64,000 nucleotides of DNA from an uncultured Clostridia bacterium (GTDB lineage Bacteria; Bacillota; Clostridia; TANB77; CAG-508). A program made the translations under genes and the position numbers. Shown piece after piece: positions 41,415-51,988 of the stretch. The DNA is taken from the NCBI GenBank assembly GCA_963558395.1, contig CAUWGE010000002.1:899-64898 (forward strand), read 5' to 3'. A model generated the notes under the pieces. The model saw nothing but the letters and a program-made list of their open reading frames with translations, did not search any database and had not been told where the DNA came from. Numbering within the stretch: position 1 is the stretch's first letter; each line of letters starts with the position of its first letter.

Positions 41415-42809
41415 ATGAATAAAGTAAAAGGAATTACAGTAGGAACGTATTTAACGAAAACAATTAAAAATTCAAAAAATAAAGGTTTATCTAGCAAAGA
41501 AATTTGTAACAATTGTAAGATGAAAGATAAATGTAAATATAGACAAATAACAAAATTTGAGAATGGAAAAGTTATTGATAATAATGTAGAATGTGATTCT
41601 TTCTATTTTTCTATAACACCAAAGGCGATAGTAACAACAGGTAGAGATACAGTTACAGGAAAAAGAACTACTAAAACATTTGTAGGAAAGAATGAGAAAG
41701 AAGCATTTAATAAAGCATTGTCATTCCAAATTGAAATGGAAGAAAATCAAGAATTTAGAATAATTACTAAAAGTAATAAAACAATAATTGATCTTGTAAA
41801 AAATAAAATTGAAGAAGATTATAAATTAGGCAAGATAATTAAAGCAACACATAAAAGAAAATCAGATACAGTAAAGAAACTAGCTAAAGAGAAATTTACT
41901 AACAAACCTATTTCAAAAGTTACAAGAGATGAAGTAGTTAAATATTTAGAGAGTTTGAAAACCTATTCTAAAAGTACAATAAAACAAAATTATGAACTAT
42001 TATGTATGGCATTTGGACAAGCAAAATATGAAAATATCATAACAGATAATTTTATGGAAGGCTATAATCGAGTTGAAAAGCCAAAAAGTGAATATAAAAG
42101 TCATCATAGAGTTTCACTAACAGTTGATGAGCAAAAGAAACTGGTTGATTACTTAAATAATGCAAGTTATAAAGAATGTCGACACAAATATATTTTGTTA
42201 CTATTATTGAGTACAGGAATGAGAATAGGAGAGGCTTTAGTTTTAGATTATGATAAAGATATAGATTTAGAAAACAGAAAAATCTATATTAGAAGAACTC
42301 AAACAAAAGATAATAATGGCAAAGCAATTATAGGAAATACTACAAAAACAAATACAGGTAAAAGAATTTTGAATATGAATAATATAATTTATCAAATTAT
42401 TCAAGGTACTTTAGAACATAAGGTTGATAATAAAGAACATTTATTATTTTGCAAAGAAGATAGAACAATGTATGTAGAAAATTCTATAAATAGCAGTCTA
42501 AAAAGAATTGCATTAGATTTGAATATTGGAATCTATGAAGAAGAAAATACAAAAGGAAAATTAGTTAAAAAGACTGATATTCATACCCATATGTTAAGAG
42601 GAACATTTGCAACTAGATGTGCAGAGGCTAAAATTGCTCCAGCAGTTCTAAAAAAGATATTAGGTCATACTGATATTACTGTCACAATGAAATACTACGT
42701 TGATGTAGATGTTGAATTTGAAAAGGCAGAAAATAAAAATGTTGAAGATTATTTAATAGATAAAGAGATATTTAATATAGATACAGATTATGATTATGAC
42801 TATGATTAA
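41415..42809 (+). CDS. int: tyrosine recombinase/integrase
   Basis: TGMRIGE, HMLRGTFAT, LGHTDITVTMKYY catalytic residues. Confidence 0.93.
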   Translation: MNKVKGITVGTYLTKTIKNSKNKGLSSKEICNNCKMKDKCKYRQITKFENGKVIDNNVECDSFYFSITPKAIVTTGRDTVTGKRTTKTFVGKNEKEAFNKALSFQIEMEENQEFRIITKSNKTIIDLVKNKIEEDYKLGKIIKATHKRKSDTVKKLAKEKFTNKPISKVTRDEVVKYLESLKTYSKSTIKQNYELLCMAFGQAKYENIITDNFMEGYNRVEKPKSEYKSHHRVSLTVDEQKKLVDYLNNASYKECRHKYILLLLLSTGMRIGEALVLDYDKDIDLENRKIYIRRTQTKDNNGKAIIGNTTKTNTGKRILNMNNIIYQIIQGTLEHKVDNKEHLLFCKEDRTMYVENSINSSLKRIALDLNIGIYEEENTKGKLVKKTDIHTHMLRGTFATRCAEAKIAPAVLKKILGHTDITVTMKYYVDVDVEFEKAENKNVEDYLIDKEIFNIDTDYDYDYD

Positions 42810-42951
42810 AAACACAAAAGAGAAACCTTGAAACCTTACTAAAATTTATCAGAATTAATTTTATTAAAGTTTCAAGGAAAAGTTTCAAAGTAAAAAACAA
42901 GACTTTAAAATACTTGATAAATAAAGAAAAATAGCAATTGGCTAGAGTACC

Positions 42952-42963
42952 TCACCTCGACCA
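42952..42963 (+). repeat. att core (right)
   Basis: TCACCTCGACCA duplicate of tRNA-Pro 3' end. Confidence 0.9.
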
Positions 42964-43002
42964 TATTTATAGGAAGTCCAACCTTAAATAGGGACATTAA
43001 AG

Positions 43003-43033
43003 AAAAGACTTGGGCAAATTCCAAGTCTTTTTT
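43003..43033 (+). terminator. terminator, probably the original tRNA terminator displaced by the IME
   Basis: AAAAGACTTGG...CCAAGTCTTTTTT 40 bp after the right att site. Confidence 0.65.
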
Positions 43034-43055
43034 CTATAAAAAAGAGGTAATTGTT

Positions 43056-43745
43056 ATGAAAATTTTAGAATTCATTTTAAGTAATAGGGACTATTTAGAA
43101 GATTTAATTACAAGAAGTACTTATCATTCAAATGCTATTGAAGGAAGTACACTTACTTATGCTGAAACATATGCTATTCTTTATAATGACAATAGCTTTA
43201 AAATTGAAGGAAAAGAGCCAAGAGAAATATATGAGGCTATTAATCATAAAAAGGCTTTAGAATTAGCTTTTAAAAAATTACAAAATAATGAAGAATTTGA
43301 TGAAAGATTTATAAAGAATTTAAATGAAACTATAAATAGAGATATTAAAGATGCAGAAGGTTATAGGACTGTACAAGTATTTATACGAGGTAGTGAACAT
43401 ATTCCACCACAACCTGAAAAAGTACCAAATTTAATGATGTATTATATATATAATTATAATCATGATGAGCAAGATATATTCAATAAAATTGCTAGATATC
43501 ATATTGAATTTGAAAAAATACATCCTTTTGAAGATGGAAATGGAAGAACAGGAAGATTACTTATAAATTATGAATTGTTGAAAAATGATTTACCACCTAT
43601 TGTTATAGCAAAAGAAGATAGAATAAAATATTTTGAATTTTTAAGAAATACTGAAGTCAATGGATTAGCCGAATGGCTAAAAGAATTACCCGATAGAGAA
43701 TCGGAGAGAATGGAGAAGTTTGGATATAAAGTTAACTTAGTTTAA
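43056..43745 (+). CDS. Fic family protein
   Basis: HPFEDGNGRTGR motif; SNAIEG inhibitory motif. Confidence 0.92.
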   Translation: MKILEFILSNRDYLEDLITRSTYHSNAIEGSTLTYAETYAILYNDNSFKIEGKEPREIYEAINHKKALELAFKKLQNNEEFDERFIKNLNETINRDIKDAEGYRTVQVFIRGSEHIPPQPEKVPNLMMYYIYNYNHDEQDIFNKIARYHIEFEKIHPFEDGNGRTGRLLINYELLKNDLPPIVIAKEDRIKYFEFLRNTEVNGLAEWLKELPDRESERMEKFGYKVNLV

Positions 43746-43791
43746 AATAATGTTTAAAATGTAGAAAAGTTAACATATTTATGAAAAATAT

Positions 43792-43836
43792 AAAAATGGA
43801 GCGGAAAAATTAGTAAAATTCTTCTGCTCCATTTTT
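43792..43836. terminator. bidirectional terminator
   Basis: AAAAATGGAGCGGAA...TTCTGCTCCATTTTT. Confidence 0.7.
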
Positions 43837-43860
43837 TATAAAGGTTGCTATACTATAAAT

Positions 43861-45510
43861 CTACTTTGTACCCCTTGCAATAATCTGATTATGAGGGCTA
43901 TAAGTATCTTTAGAAAGAAGTGTTCTTGAAACTTCTTTTCCATTTAGTTTTAAAACCTTATAAGCTACTGATGTAGAACCATTAGAACCAGCTTGAACAA
44001 CTTTAGTTTTTCCTTTTGCAAGAGAAGAATCAGTTGTATATACAGTAGAATACTTTACAGTTCCAGTTTTATAAGAAATAAGTTCAACATCATATTCAAC
44101 ATCTTCTTTGCAGCCATAAACGCTAATATATAATTTTTTATTAGAAGTTTTGGCAACTAATTTTATAGGATATTTTCTGCTATTTTTAAACTTAAAATCT
44201 GGTGCACCCCAAGATACAGTTGCATCTAATCCAATAGGAACATATCCCACAGTAAACATATGATTTACTCTATTTACAATATCTAAATTGGCTTTTAAAA
44301 CAGCATTGTATAATGTACTAGATACCTGGCAAATTCCTCCGCCATAGTCACTTGATGTAGTACCATTTGCATATACACCAGCTATTTTAAAACCAGCTTG
44401 TGGAGTACGTTTTCCAACAGTTCCATTAAAAGAAAATACTTCTCCAGGCATAAGCACAGTACCATTTATTTTAGAAGCAGCTAAAGCAATATTTGTAGAA
44501 CGATTTGCACTACTTGTAGAGTAGTTTGTAGAATAAGAAGCTAGTAAATCTGGAAAAGCTTCCATTCCTAAATCATCAGTCGTAACTTTAGGATAAAGTG
44601 TTTTTAATGGAATTGTACAAGTATCTACATTATTTGCTGCTATATTTTTAGCTTCATCCATTGAAATATTAAAATCTAAACCGGTTTCAGAAGAAAATAC
44701 AGCAAATGGATTTTGTGTATAATATGCATCTTTAGGCTCTTTATAAATTTCAGAATGAATCTTTTCTATGTTAATAGGTTCAGCATCTTTGGTATCTAGT
44801 GGAAGAGGTATTGAATCGGTAGAGAAAGCATTAGCTGTCATTTTATCAATAATTAAATTTTTTAATTCCTCTTTTTTTACTACATATCCAGATTTTCCAG
44901 CTGTAATAATTAAATTATTTCCTTCAATAGCATAAGATGCCTCTGTTAATCTTCCATCTAAAGTTGCATTAATTTGGTCTGTAATTGCATTAAGTGAATC
45001 CAAACTATATAAAAACTCTGGATTTATATTCTTCTTTTGTAGTAAAGAAGTTAATATATCAAAATTATTTTTGAATATATGACCAGTCCTACCAATTGAG
45101 TAAGCCTTAGAAATAGAATCATCTATATTATAAGAACAACCTAATTCAGCTGGTAAAGCATTAAAAATTTGTTCATTATTACTGAAAACTAAATTAGTAT
45201 TTAAGCGTTCATTTAATAAACTAGAAACTTTCTCTTTAGCTTCATCTTTAGTAAGATTAGATACATCTATTCCTAAAATTGATATTCCAGAAATTATTTT
45301 ATTACTATTCATATTTAAAATTGCAAAAATAGTTGAAAATATTGTTAAAAGAATTATAAAAACAATTAAACAAATAATTATAATAATTGATTTTTTACTT
45401 TTGGGTCTATTTTCTTTTGGGCTACTATTTTTTATAATCTGTTCAGCTTCTTTTAGCATTTGAGTAGCTTGGACAGAAGGGTCATTAGAGTTAAAAAGTA
45501 TCGCGTTCAT
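43861..45510 (-). CDS. VanW-family protein with C-terminal G5 domain
   Basis: TM anchor; GEVFSFN, GGGICQVSSTLYNA, GLDATV motifs; G5-like end. Confidence 0.85.
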   Translation of the reverse strand: MNAILFNSNDPSVQATQMLKEAEQIIKNSSPKENRPKSKKSIIIIICLIVFIILLTIFSTIFAILNMNSNKIISGISILGIDVSNLTKDEAKEKVSSLLNERLNTNLVFSNNEQIFNALPAELGCSYNIDDSISKAYSIGRTGHIFKNNFDILTSLLQKKNINPEFLYSLDSLNAITDQINATLDGRLTEASYAIEGNNLIITAGKSGYVVKKEELKNLIIDKMTANAFSTDSIPLPLDTKDAEPINIEKIHSEIYKEPKDAYYTQNPFAVFSSETGLDFNISMDEAKNIAANNVDTCTIPLKTLYPKVTTDDLGMEAFPDLLASYSTNYSTSSANRSTNIALAASKINGTVLMPGEVFSFNGTVGKRTPQAGFKIAGVYANGTTSSDYGGGICQVSSTLYNAVLKANLDIVNRVNHMFTVGYVPIGLDATVSWGAPDFKFKNSRKYPIKLVAKTSNKKLYISVYGCKEDVEYDVELISYKTGTVKYSTVYTTDSSLAKGKTKVVQAGSNGSTSVAYKVLKLNGKEVSRTLLSKDTYSPHNQIIARGTK

Positions 45511-45642
45511 AAAATCTCTCCTAAAATCTTCTATATTATATTAAACAATAAATAAAAATATTTGTAAATATAAAATTGTATTTTTTACTTTATTTTTTGA
45601 TATACTATTGATATAATATGAGAAAAGTTTTAGGGAGGTTAT

Positions 45643-47028
45643 ATGGAAGAGTTATTAAGAAATAGAAAATCAGGATGGGAAGAAATTTCAGAAGAAGAAA
45701 AAGAAAAGATATTTAAATTTACAGACGAGTATATTGAGTTTATGAATTCTGCAAAAACAGAAAGAGAGATAGTTAAAAAAACAGAAGAAATAGTAAGAAA
45801 AAATGGGTTCAAATCTTTGGAAGAATATTCTGAATTATATCCAGGAGATAAGGTATATTATATAAATAGAGAAAAAAATATTTATATAGCAGTAATAGGA
45901 GAAGAGAACTTAGAAGGTGGCATAAACATTGTAGGGGCACATGCAGATTCACCTAGATTAGATTTAAAACCAAATCCATTATATCAAGATGGAAACTTGG
46001 CATATTTAAAAACACATTATTATGGAGGAATAAAGAAATATCAATGGACAGCAATTCCACTTGCAATTCATGGAGTTATAGTAAAAGGAAATGGAGAGAA
46101 AGTATATATTTCACTAGGTGAAAACGATGATGAACCAGTGTTTACAATTACCGATTTATTACCTCATTTAGCTAAAGAACAGCAACAAAAGAAAGTGTCA
46201 GAAGCAATTAATGCAGAGAATTTATCTTTATTGATAGGAAGTATTCCAAGCAAAGATGATAAAGATTCAAAAGATAGAGTAAGAGACAATATTTTAAGAT
46301 TATTAAATAGAAAATATGGTATTACAGAAGAAGACTTTGTAAGCAGTGAACTAGAAGTAGTACCAGCATTTAAAGCTAGGACACTTGGGCTAGATGAAAG
46401 CTTAATTAGTGCATATGGACAAGATGATAAAGTATGTGTATATACATCTTTAAGAGCAATACTAAATATAGAGAAACCTAAAAAAACAGCAGTATGCTTA
46501 TTTTCAGATAAAGAAGAAATCGGAAGCATGGGAAACACTGGAATGGAATCACATGTATTTGACACATTTATATCAGAATTACTTAACAAAACAAGAATTA
46601 ATAGACCAAACTTGCTTGACAAAGTATTTTGTAATTCAAAAATGTTATCAGCAGATGTTGATGCTGGTGTGGACCCATTATATATTTCTGTTTCAGATAC
46701 AAATAATGCGGGATTTTTAGGATTAGGAGTAAGCTTAAACAAATATACAGGTTCTGGTGGTAAATATAATGCTTCTGATGCAAACGCAGAATATGTGGGA
46801 GAAATAAGAAGAGTATTTAAGAAAAATGGCATTAGATATCAAGTTGCAGAGCTTGGCAAGACAGATGTTGGAGGAGGAGGAACAATAGCATATATTTTAG
46901 CAAATAAAGGAGTAGATGTTATTGACTGTGGAGTACCGGTTCTTTCTATGCATTCACCATATGAAGTTACTTGCAAATATGATATATATTATGCATATAA
47001 AGCATATGAGGCATTTTTTAATATGTAA
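45643..47028 (+). CDS. M18 family aminopeptidase
   Basis: AHADSPRLDLKP, YGQDD, DKEEIGS, LSMHSP. Confidence 0.9.
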   Translation: MEELLRNRKSGWEEISEEEKEKIFKFTDEYIEFMNSAKTEREIVKKTEEIVRKNGFKSLEEYSELYPGDKVYYINREKNIYIAVIGEENLEGGINIVGAHADSPRLDLKPNPLYQDGNLAYLKTHYYGGIKKYQWTAIPLAIHGVIVKGNGEKVYISLGENDDEPVFTITDLLPHLAKEQQQKKVSEAINAENLSLLIGSIPSKDDKDSKDRVRDNILRLLNRKYGITEEDFVSSELEVVPAFKARTLGLDESLISAYGQDDKVCVYTSLRAILNIEKPKKTAVCLFSDKEEIGSMGNTGMESHVFDTFISELLNKTRINRPNLLDKVFCNSKMLSADVDAGVDPLYISVSDTNNAGFLGLGVSLNKYTGSGGKYNASDANAEYVGEIRRVFKKNGIRYQVAELGKTDVGGGGTIAYILANKGVDVIDCGVPVLSMHSPYEVTCKYDIYYAYKAYEAFFNM

Positions 47029-47220
47029 TTACATTTTAAATTGAATCTGAACTATTAAACCAAAAAGTTTAGTAAGGCAGATTCTTTTTTTATGTGAATT
47101 TTATGTGAAAAGATGTAATATTTGTTGAAACGAAAAAAATATAATGATAAGATTGACTGGAAAATTGAGAAAGTGTTAGGAAAACACATGGTACAAAATG
47201 TTAATAAGGAGGAACGAAAA

Positions 47221-48444
47221 ATGTTGCAGGTAAAAAATGTAACAAAAAGGTATGGCAGCTTTTTAGCAGTTGACAACATTAGTTTTGAAATAAAAGACAA
47301 TGAAATTATAGGTTTTTTAGGCCCAAATGGTGCAGGAAAAAGTACAACAATGAATATGATAACAGGATACATAGAACCAACAAAGGGAAAAATTATAGTA
47401 AATGGAAAAGATATAGCAAAAGAGCCTAATAAAGTCAAAAAGCAAATTGGATATATGCCAGAAAGTGTTCCATTATATCAAGAACTTACTGTTAGAGAAT
47501 TTGTGAATTATATGGCAGATTTAAAATATGTAAAAAGAAAAGATAAAAAAGCAGAAGTAGATAAAGTTTTAAATCAAGTTGGAATAGATAAAGTACAAAA
47601 TAAGTTAATAAAAAAACTATCTAGAGGATATAAACAAAGAGTAAGTTTAGCAGGAGCACTTATTGGAAATCCGGAAATCTTAATTCTAGATGAGCCAACA
47701 GTAGGACTAGACCCAAAACAAATAACTGAAATAAGAGAGCTAATAAAGAGCTTGGGAAAAAAGCATACTGTAATTTTAAGTTCACACATTTTGTCTGAAG
47801 TAAGTCAAATTTGTGAAAAAGTAATAATTATAAATAAAGGAAAAATACTTGCAATAGATACGCCTAAAAATTTAGAGGAACAGTTTAAAGAAAAAAATAG
47901 CATATATGTAACTGTTGAGGATAAAGAAGAAAAACTAGAAAAAGTTACAAATAAAATTGCAGGAATAAAGGAAATAAGAAAAACAAGGGCAAACCCAAAT
48001 GGAAGCATAGAATATTTGTTAATTGCAGAAGATGGAGTAGACTTAAGAAAGGAAATTTTTGAATCATTCCCTAAAAACAATATTAATATAGTAGAATTAA
48101 AAAATGTAGAATCCACACTTGAGGATGCTTTCTTAAAACTAATTAATGATAAAGAAGAAGAAATTAAAACTCAAATTGAAGAAGAGGAAATTAAGAAGAA
48201 AAAAAGAGATGCCGAATTAGAAAAAATGAATAAAGAGGAAAGAAAAAAGGCTATAAAAGAAGACAAAAAGATAGAAAAACAAAGAAAAAAAGAAGCGTTT
48301 GATAAAGAATGGGAAGAGGATAAGAAATTAGCTAAAGAAGAGAAAGAAAGAGTAAAAGCAGAAAAGGATGAGCTTAAGGAAAAAAATAAAAAGATAAAAA
48401 AAGACAAGAAGGAAAAAACAAAAAAAGAAGGAGGTAAAAAATAA
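47221..48444 (+). CDS. GldA-like ABC transporter ATP-binding protein with charged C-terminal tail
   Basis: GPNGAGKS, LSRGYKQR, LDEPTVGLDP; ATG 47221 after AGGAGG. Confidence 0.88.
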   Translation: MLQVKNVTKRYGSFLAVDNISFEIKDNEIIGFLGPNGAGKSTTMNMITGYIEPTKGKIIVNGKDIAKEPNKVKKQIGYMPESVPLYQELTVREFVNYMADLKYVKRKDKKAEVDKVLNQVGIDKVQNKLIKKLSRGYKQRVSLAGALIGNPEILILDEPTVGLDPKQITEIRELIKSLGKKHTVILSSHILSEVSQICEKVIIINKGKILAIDTPKNLEEQFKEKNSIYVTVEDKEEKLEKVTNKIAGIKEIRKTRANPNGSIEYLLIAEDGVDLRKEIFESFPKNNINIVELKNVESTLEDAFLKLINDKEEEIKTQIEEEEIKKKKRDAELEKMNKEERKKAIKEDKKIEKQRKKEAFDKEWEEDKKLAKEEKERVKAEKDELKEKNKKIKKDKKEKTKKEGGKK

Positions 48445-49127
48445 TGTGGGCGATTATTAAAAAAGAATTTAAATCATATTTTCTATCTCCAATAGGATAT
48501 ATATATATAGGAATATTTTTGTTAATGTGTAGTGTGTTTTTTTATTTAGATGTATATTACTATTCAAGTACAGATTTTACATATATGTTTGGTTCAGTAG
48601 CTACAATACTTACATTTATAGTTCCGCTTATAACTATGAGAATGTTTTCGGAAGAAAGAAAAAATGGTACAGAGCAATTACTTTTAACATCTCCTAGAAG
48701 TATTTCATCAGTAGTAATTGGAAAATTTATTGCAGCAGCATTAGTAGTACTTGTATCAGTAGTATTTACTCTTATATACTATGGAATATTATGCTACTTT
48801 GGAGAGCCTCAATTAGGAAAATCATTAATAGCAATTTTGGGATTTGCACTTCTTGCAATTGCGTATATATCATTTGGAATGTTTGCATCAAGCTTAACAG
48901 AAAATCAAATAATTGCAGCTGTAATTTCAGTAGGATTCTTCTTATTATCATGGTTCTTGCCAAATTTCAGCAGCAGTTTTTCAGACTTCTCTTTAATGAA
49001 TGCATTTTATATGTCATTTATAAATGGAGCAATTTCAATACAAAATTTAGTACTATTAGTATCTTTTGCAGCATTATTTGTTATATTCACAATAATGGTA
49101 ATGCAAAGAAGAAAAAGTGTTAAATAA
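48444..49127 (+). CDS. GldF-like ABC-2 permease
   Basis: KKEFKSYFLSPIGY, TMRMFSEERKNGTEQLLLT. Confidence 0.85.
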   Translation: MWAIIKKEFKSYFLSPIGYIYIGIFLLMCSVFFYLDVYYYSSTDFTYMFGSVATILTFIVPLITMRMFSEERKNGTEQLLLTSPRSISSVVIGKFIAAALVVLVSVVFTLIYYGILCYFGEPQLGKSLIAILGFALLAIAYISFGMFASSLTENQIIAAVISVGFFLLSWFLPNFSSSFSDFSLMNAFYMSFINGAISIQNLVLLVSFAALFVIFTIMVMQRRKSVK

Positions 49128-49145
49128 TTGAAGGGAGAAGGTAGA

Positions 49146-50609
49146 ATGAAAAAATTTATACATACAATAAAAACAAAATGGATAAAAGATACAACTCTTA
49201 CAATTGCCTTGGTAGCGATACTAATAGCGGTATTTATATTTGTAAATTTGCTTTTTATAAAATTAGACTTAGCTCCACTTGATTTTACGGCAGAAAAAAT
49301 TTATAGTTTATCAGATGAGTCAAAAGAGCAAATAAAAAATGTAGGACAAAATGTAACATTATTCTTTTTTGGATATGATGAAGACTCATCAGTAGTAACA
49401 CTTGCAAAAAGATATACTGATGTAAATGATAAAATAAAAATACAAGTAATAAATACTTCTGAAAGACCAGACTTAGCAGCAACTTATGGAGTTAGTACAA
49501 GTAGTAAACTAGTTGCTATACAAGCAAGTGAAAGATATAAAATAATAGATTCAAGTGAAATGTATACATATGATACAACAACATATGAAACAATAGATAT
49601 TACAGAGCAAAAACTAACAAATGGAATTTTAGATGTAACCGTATTAAAGAAACCACAAATATATTTTTTAGCAGGACATGGAGAATATGGAATAAATTCA
49701 TCAGCTCCAATGGCAACACTTGGAACATACATTGTAAACGATATAAATGATGTGAAGACTTTAGACTTACTTACTTCAGATATGCCAGAAATATGTGATG
49801 CTTTAGTAATTGCAAATCCAACAAGTGACTTTACAGATTTAGAAACAGAAAAAATCACTAATTATATAAATAATGGTGGAGACATATTATGGATGCAAGA
49901 CCCATATGCATTTAATCAAGAAAATAAAGAAATAGGGCAATTCCCAAATGTTAATAAAGTACTTTCATTATATGGAATCAAATTTTCAAAAGGTGTAGTT
50001 TGTGAAGAAGAAACGTCACACATGGTAGCAAATAGTCCAGATTTAATTATTCCAAACATGACATATAATAGTATTGTAAAAGACATATATACAGATGGTT
50101 CAATTATACTTATGGACTCAGGAAAAATAGAAACAGTTTCAGATGAAGAATTAGAAAAATTAGGAGTTACAGCAAGTGCATTCCTAAAATCAAGTGATAA
50201 ATCTTTTTATAGAGAAGATATAAATTCAGATATTACAAAAAGATTAGATACAGATGAAAATGGTCCATTTGTTTTAGGTGAAATATTAACTAAAAAGATA
50301 TCAGAAGAAAAAAGCTCTACACTTGTAGCATACTCAAATGGATTGTTTGCGACAAACTATCAAGTAAACTTTTCAGGAACAGTTACAATTCCGTTAGCAC
50401 TAAGAAACAATAAAGATATTGTATTAAATACAATTGCATATTTATCTAATAGAGAAGATACGATTAGAATTAGAAAAAATACAGGTCAAGTAGCATATAC
50501 AGCAACAGAGAGCCAAAATAGAATAGTATTATGGACAATATTTACTATACCAGTAATAATAATAATAACTGGAATTATTGTTGCTATTGTAAGAAAAAGA
50601 AGAAAATAG
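49146..50609 (+). CDS. GldG-like ABC auxiliary protein
   Basis: DFTAEKIYSLS, IYFLAGHGE, flanking TM helices. Confidence 0.8.
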   Translation: MKKFIHTIKTKWIKDTTLTIALVAILIAVFIFVNLLFIKLDLAPLDFTAEKIYSLSDESKEQIKNVGQNVTLFFFGYDEDSSVVTLAKRYTDVNDKIKIQVINTSERPDLAATYGVSTSSKLVAIQASERYKIIDSSEMYTYDTTTYETIDITEQKLTNGILDVTVLKKPQIYFLAGHGEYGINSSAPMATLGTYIVNDINDVKTLDLLTSDMPEICDALVIANPTSDFTDLETEKITNYINNGGDILWMQDPYAFNQENKEIGQFPNVNKVLSLYGIKFSKGVVCEEETSHMVANSPDLIIPNMTYNSIVKDIYTDGSIILMDSGKIETVSDEELEKLGVTASAFLKSSDKSFYREDINSDITKRLDTDENGPFVLGEILTKKISEEKSSTLVAYSNGLFATNYQVNFSGTVTIPLALRNNKDIVLNTIAYLSNREDTIRIRKNTGQVAYTATESQNRIVLWTIFTIPVIIIITGIIVAIVRKRRK

Positions 50610-50760
50610 AATAAAGTAGCACTATATTTAAAAAATATAGTGCTATTCTTACTCTAGAAAGAATAAAAGAAAGTATAAAAATTTGGAAATGCCTCATTTG
50701 TTTTACTTGCAAAAAATAAAAAACTAGTATAAAATAATAAAAAATATATGAGGAAAAACT

Positions 50761-51933
50761 ATGGATAATAAAGTAAGAGTAAACTTCAAAGATAAAAAAA
50801 TTTCAAAGAAGAAATTAGCATTAGTAATATCATTAGGAATATTAATTATAATAGCGATTGTTATAACATCTTTATACATTGCAAATATAAATGTAAGAAA
50901 CTGGATGGATATGTATATATTTAGAAAAAACGTAATAGAGGAAAGACTAGACACTATTGACTTAGAAAATGAAAATTCATCAATATATGCATATGACAAT
51001 CACATAGTAATTTTAGAAAATAATGTACTTAGTTTTTATAATCAAGTAGGCAAAAAAGAAACTTCTATAAATGTATCTATAACTACACCAATTTTTGAAT
51101 CAAGCGGAAACTATTTACTAGTTGCCGACAAAGGAGGAAAGAATGTATATTTAATATATAATACAAGCCTTCAATGGCAAAAAACTATGGATGGAAATGT
51201 TTCAGAAGCGGTAGTTAACAAAAATGGAGCAGTGGGAGTAGTACTTACAGGAACAACATATAAGTCAGTAATTGTAATGTATGGAATAACAGGAAATGAA
51301 GAATTTAAAACATATTTGTCATCTACAATAGCAGTAGATATAGCAATTTCAGAAAATAGCCAAAATTTAAGCTTTGCAGAAATAAATACATCTGGAACAA
51401 TAATTGATTCAGTTGTAAAAACAATTTCAGTAGAAAAAGCAAAAAACTCACCTGCAGAAGCAATTATAAATACTTATAAACCTGAAAGTAATAGTATAAT
51501 TGTAAAATTAAAATACAATAAAGAAAAATTGATTTGCCAATATGATAATTCAGTATATATGTTAAATGATGGGAATAGTACTAAACTTCTTGAAATAAAT
51601 AATAATTCATTGTTTGTAGATATAAATGTTTTAGGATATATATGTAACCTTGTAGAAAATCAAGCAGGAATACTTACAAGTGAATATGAACTAAAGATTA
51701 TGGATGTAGATAACAAAAAAGAGAGTTCATATATATTAAATTCTATGCCTAAAAGTCTATATTGTAGCAATAACATAATAGGAATAAATATGGGAAATGA
51801 TATAGAATTTGTAAATCATAATGGATGGTTAATAAAATCATTTTCATCAAAGCAGAGCTTTAAAGATGTAGTTATAGGGGAAAAAATAATAGGTATAGTT
51901 TATAAAGACAGAGTGGAACTAATAACAATATAA
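50761..51933 (+). CDS. membrane-anchored beta-rich protein (DUF5711-like)
   Basis: single N-terminal TM, beta-propeller-like composition, precedes cvpA. Confidence 0.6.
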   Translation: MDNKVRVNFKDKKISKKKLALVISLGILIIIAIVITSLYIANINVRNWMDMYIFRKNVIEERLDTIDLENENSSIYAYDNHIVILENNVLSFYNQVGKKETSINVSITTPIFESSGNYLLVADKGGKNVYLIYNTSLQWQKTMDGNVSEAVVNKNGAVGVVLTGTTYKSVIVMYGITGNEEFKTYLSSTIAVDIAISENSQNLSFAEINTSGTIIDSVVKTISVEKAKNSPAEAIINTYKPESNSIIVKLKYNKEKLICQYDNSVYMLNDGNSTKLLEINNNSLFVDINVLGYICNLVENQAGILTSEYELKIMDVDNKKESSYILNSMPKSLYCSNNIIGINMGNDIEFVNHNGWLIKSFSSKQSFKDVVIGEKIIGIVYKDRVELITI

Positions 51934-51988
51934 GTTTTACACAAACTCTTTATAAAATGTGAATAAGCCAAATGAAAAGGAGAGAAAA

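Larger units (their letters stand above)
33051..42963. mobile_element. integrative mobilizable element (IME) inserted at the tRNA-Pro 3' end
   Basis: 12-bp direct repeat TCACCTCGACCA at 33051-33062 and 42952-42963; encodes RepA_N, MobV relaxase, excisionase and tyrosine integrase; no T4SS. Confidence 0.92.

Noticed and set aside
43056-43745. Fic gene as part of the IME
   Set aside because: It lies outside the right att repeat, and no further att copy was seen downstream.
43861-45510. VanW protein as part of a vancomycin-resistance cluster
   Set aside because: It is ~16 kb from the vanG/vanT-like pair; VanW-G5 proteins are common envelope proteins in Clostridia.
46164-46832. 222-aa antisense ORF, and the many other 60-140 aa antisense ORFs in the track
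   Set aside because: They lie opposite well-supported genes, lack RBS and motifs, and are expected shadows of codon bias.
48150-48444. Very purine-rich stretch at the end of the GldA-like gene
   Set aside because: It is an in-frame Lys/Glu-rich tail whose stop overlaps the next start codon; no evidence of an insertion or frameshift.
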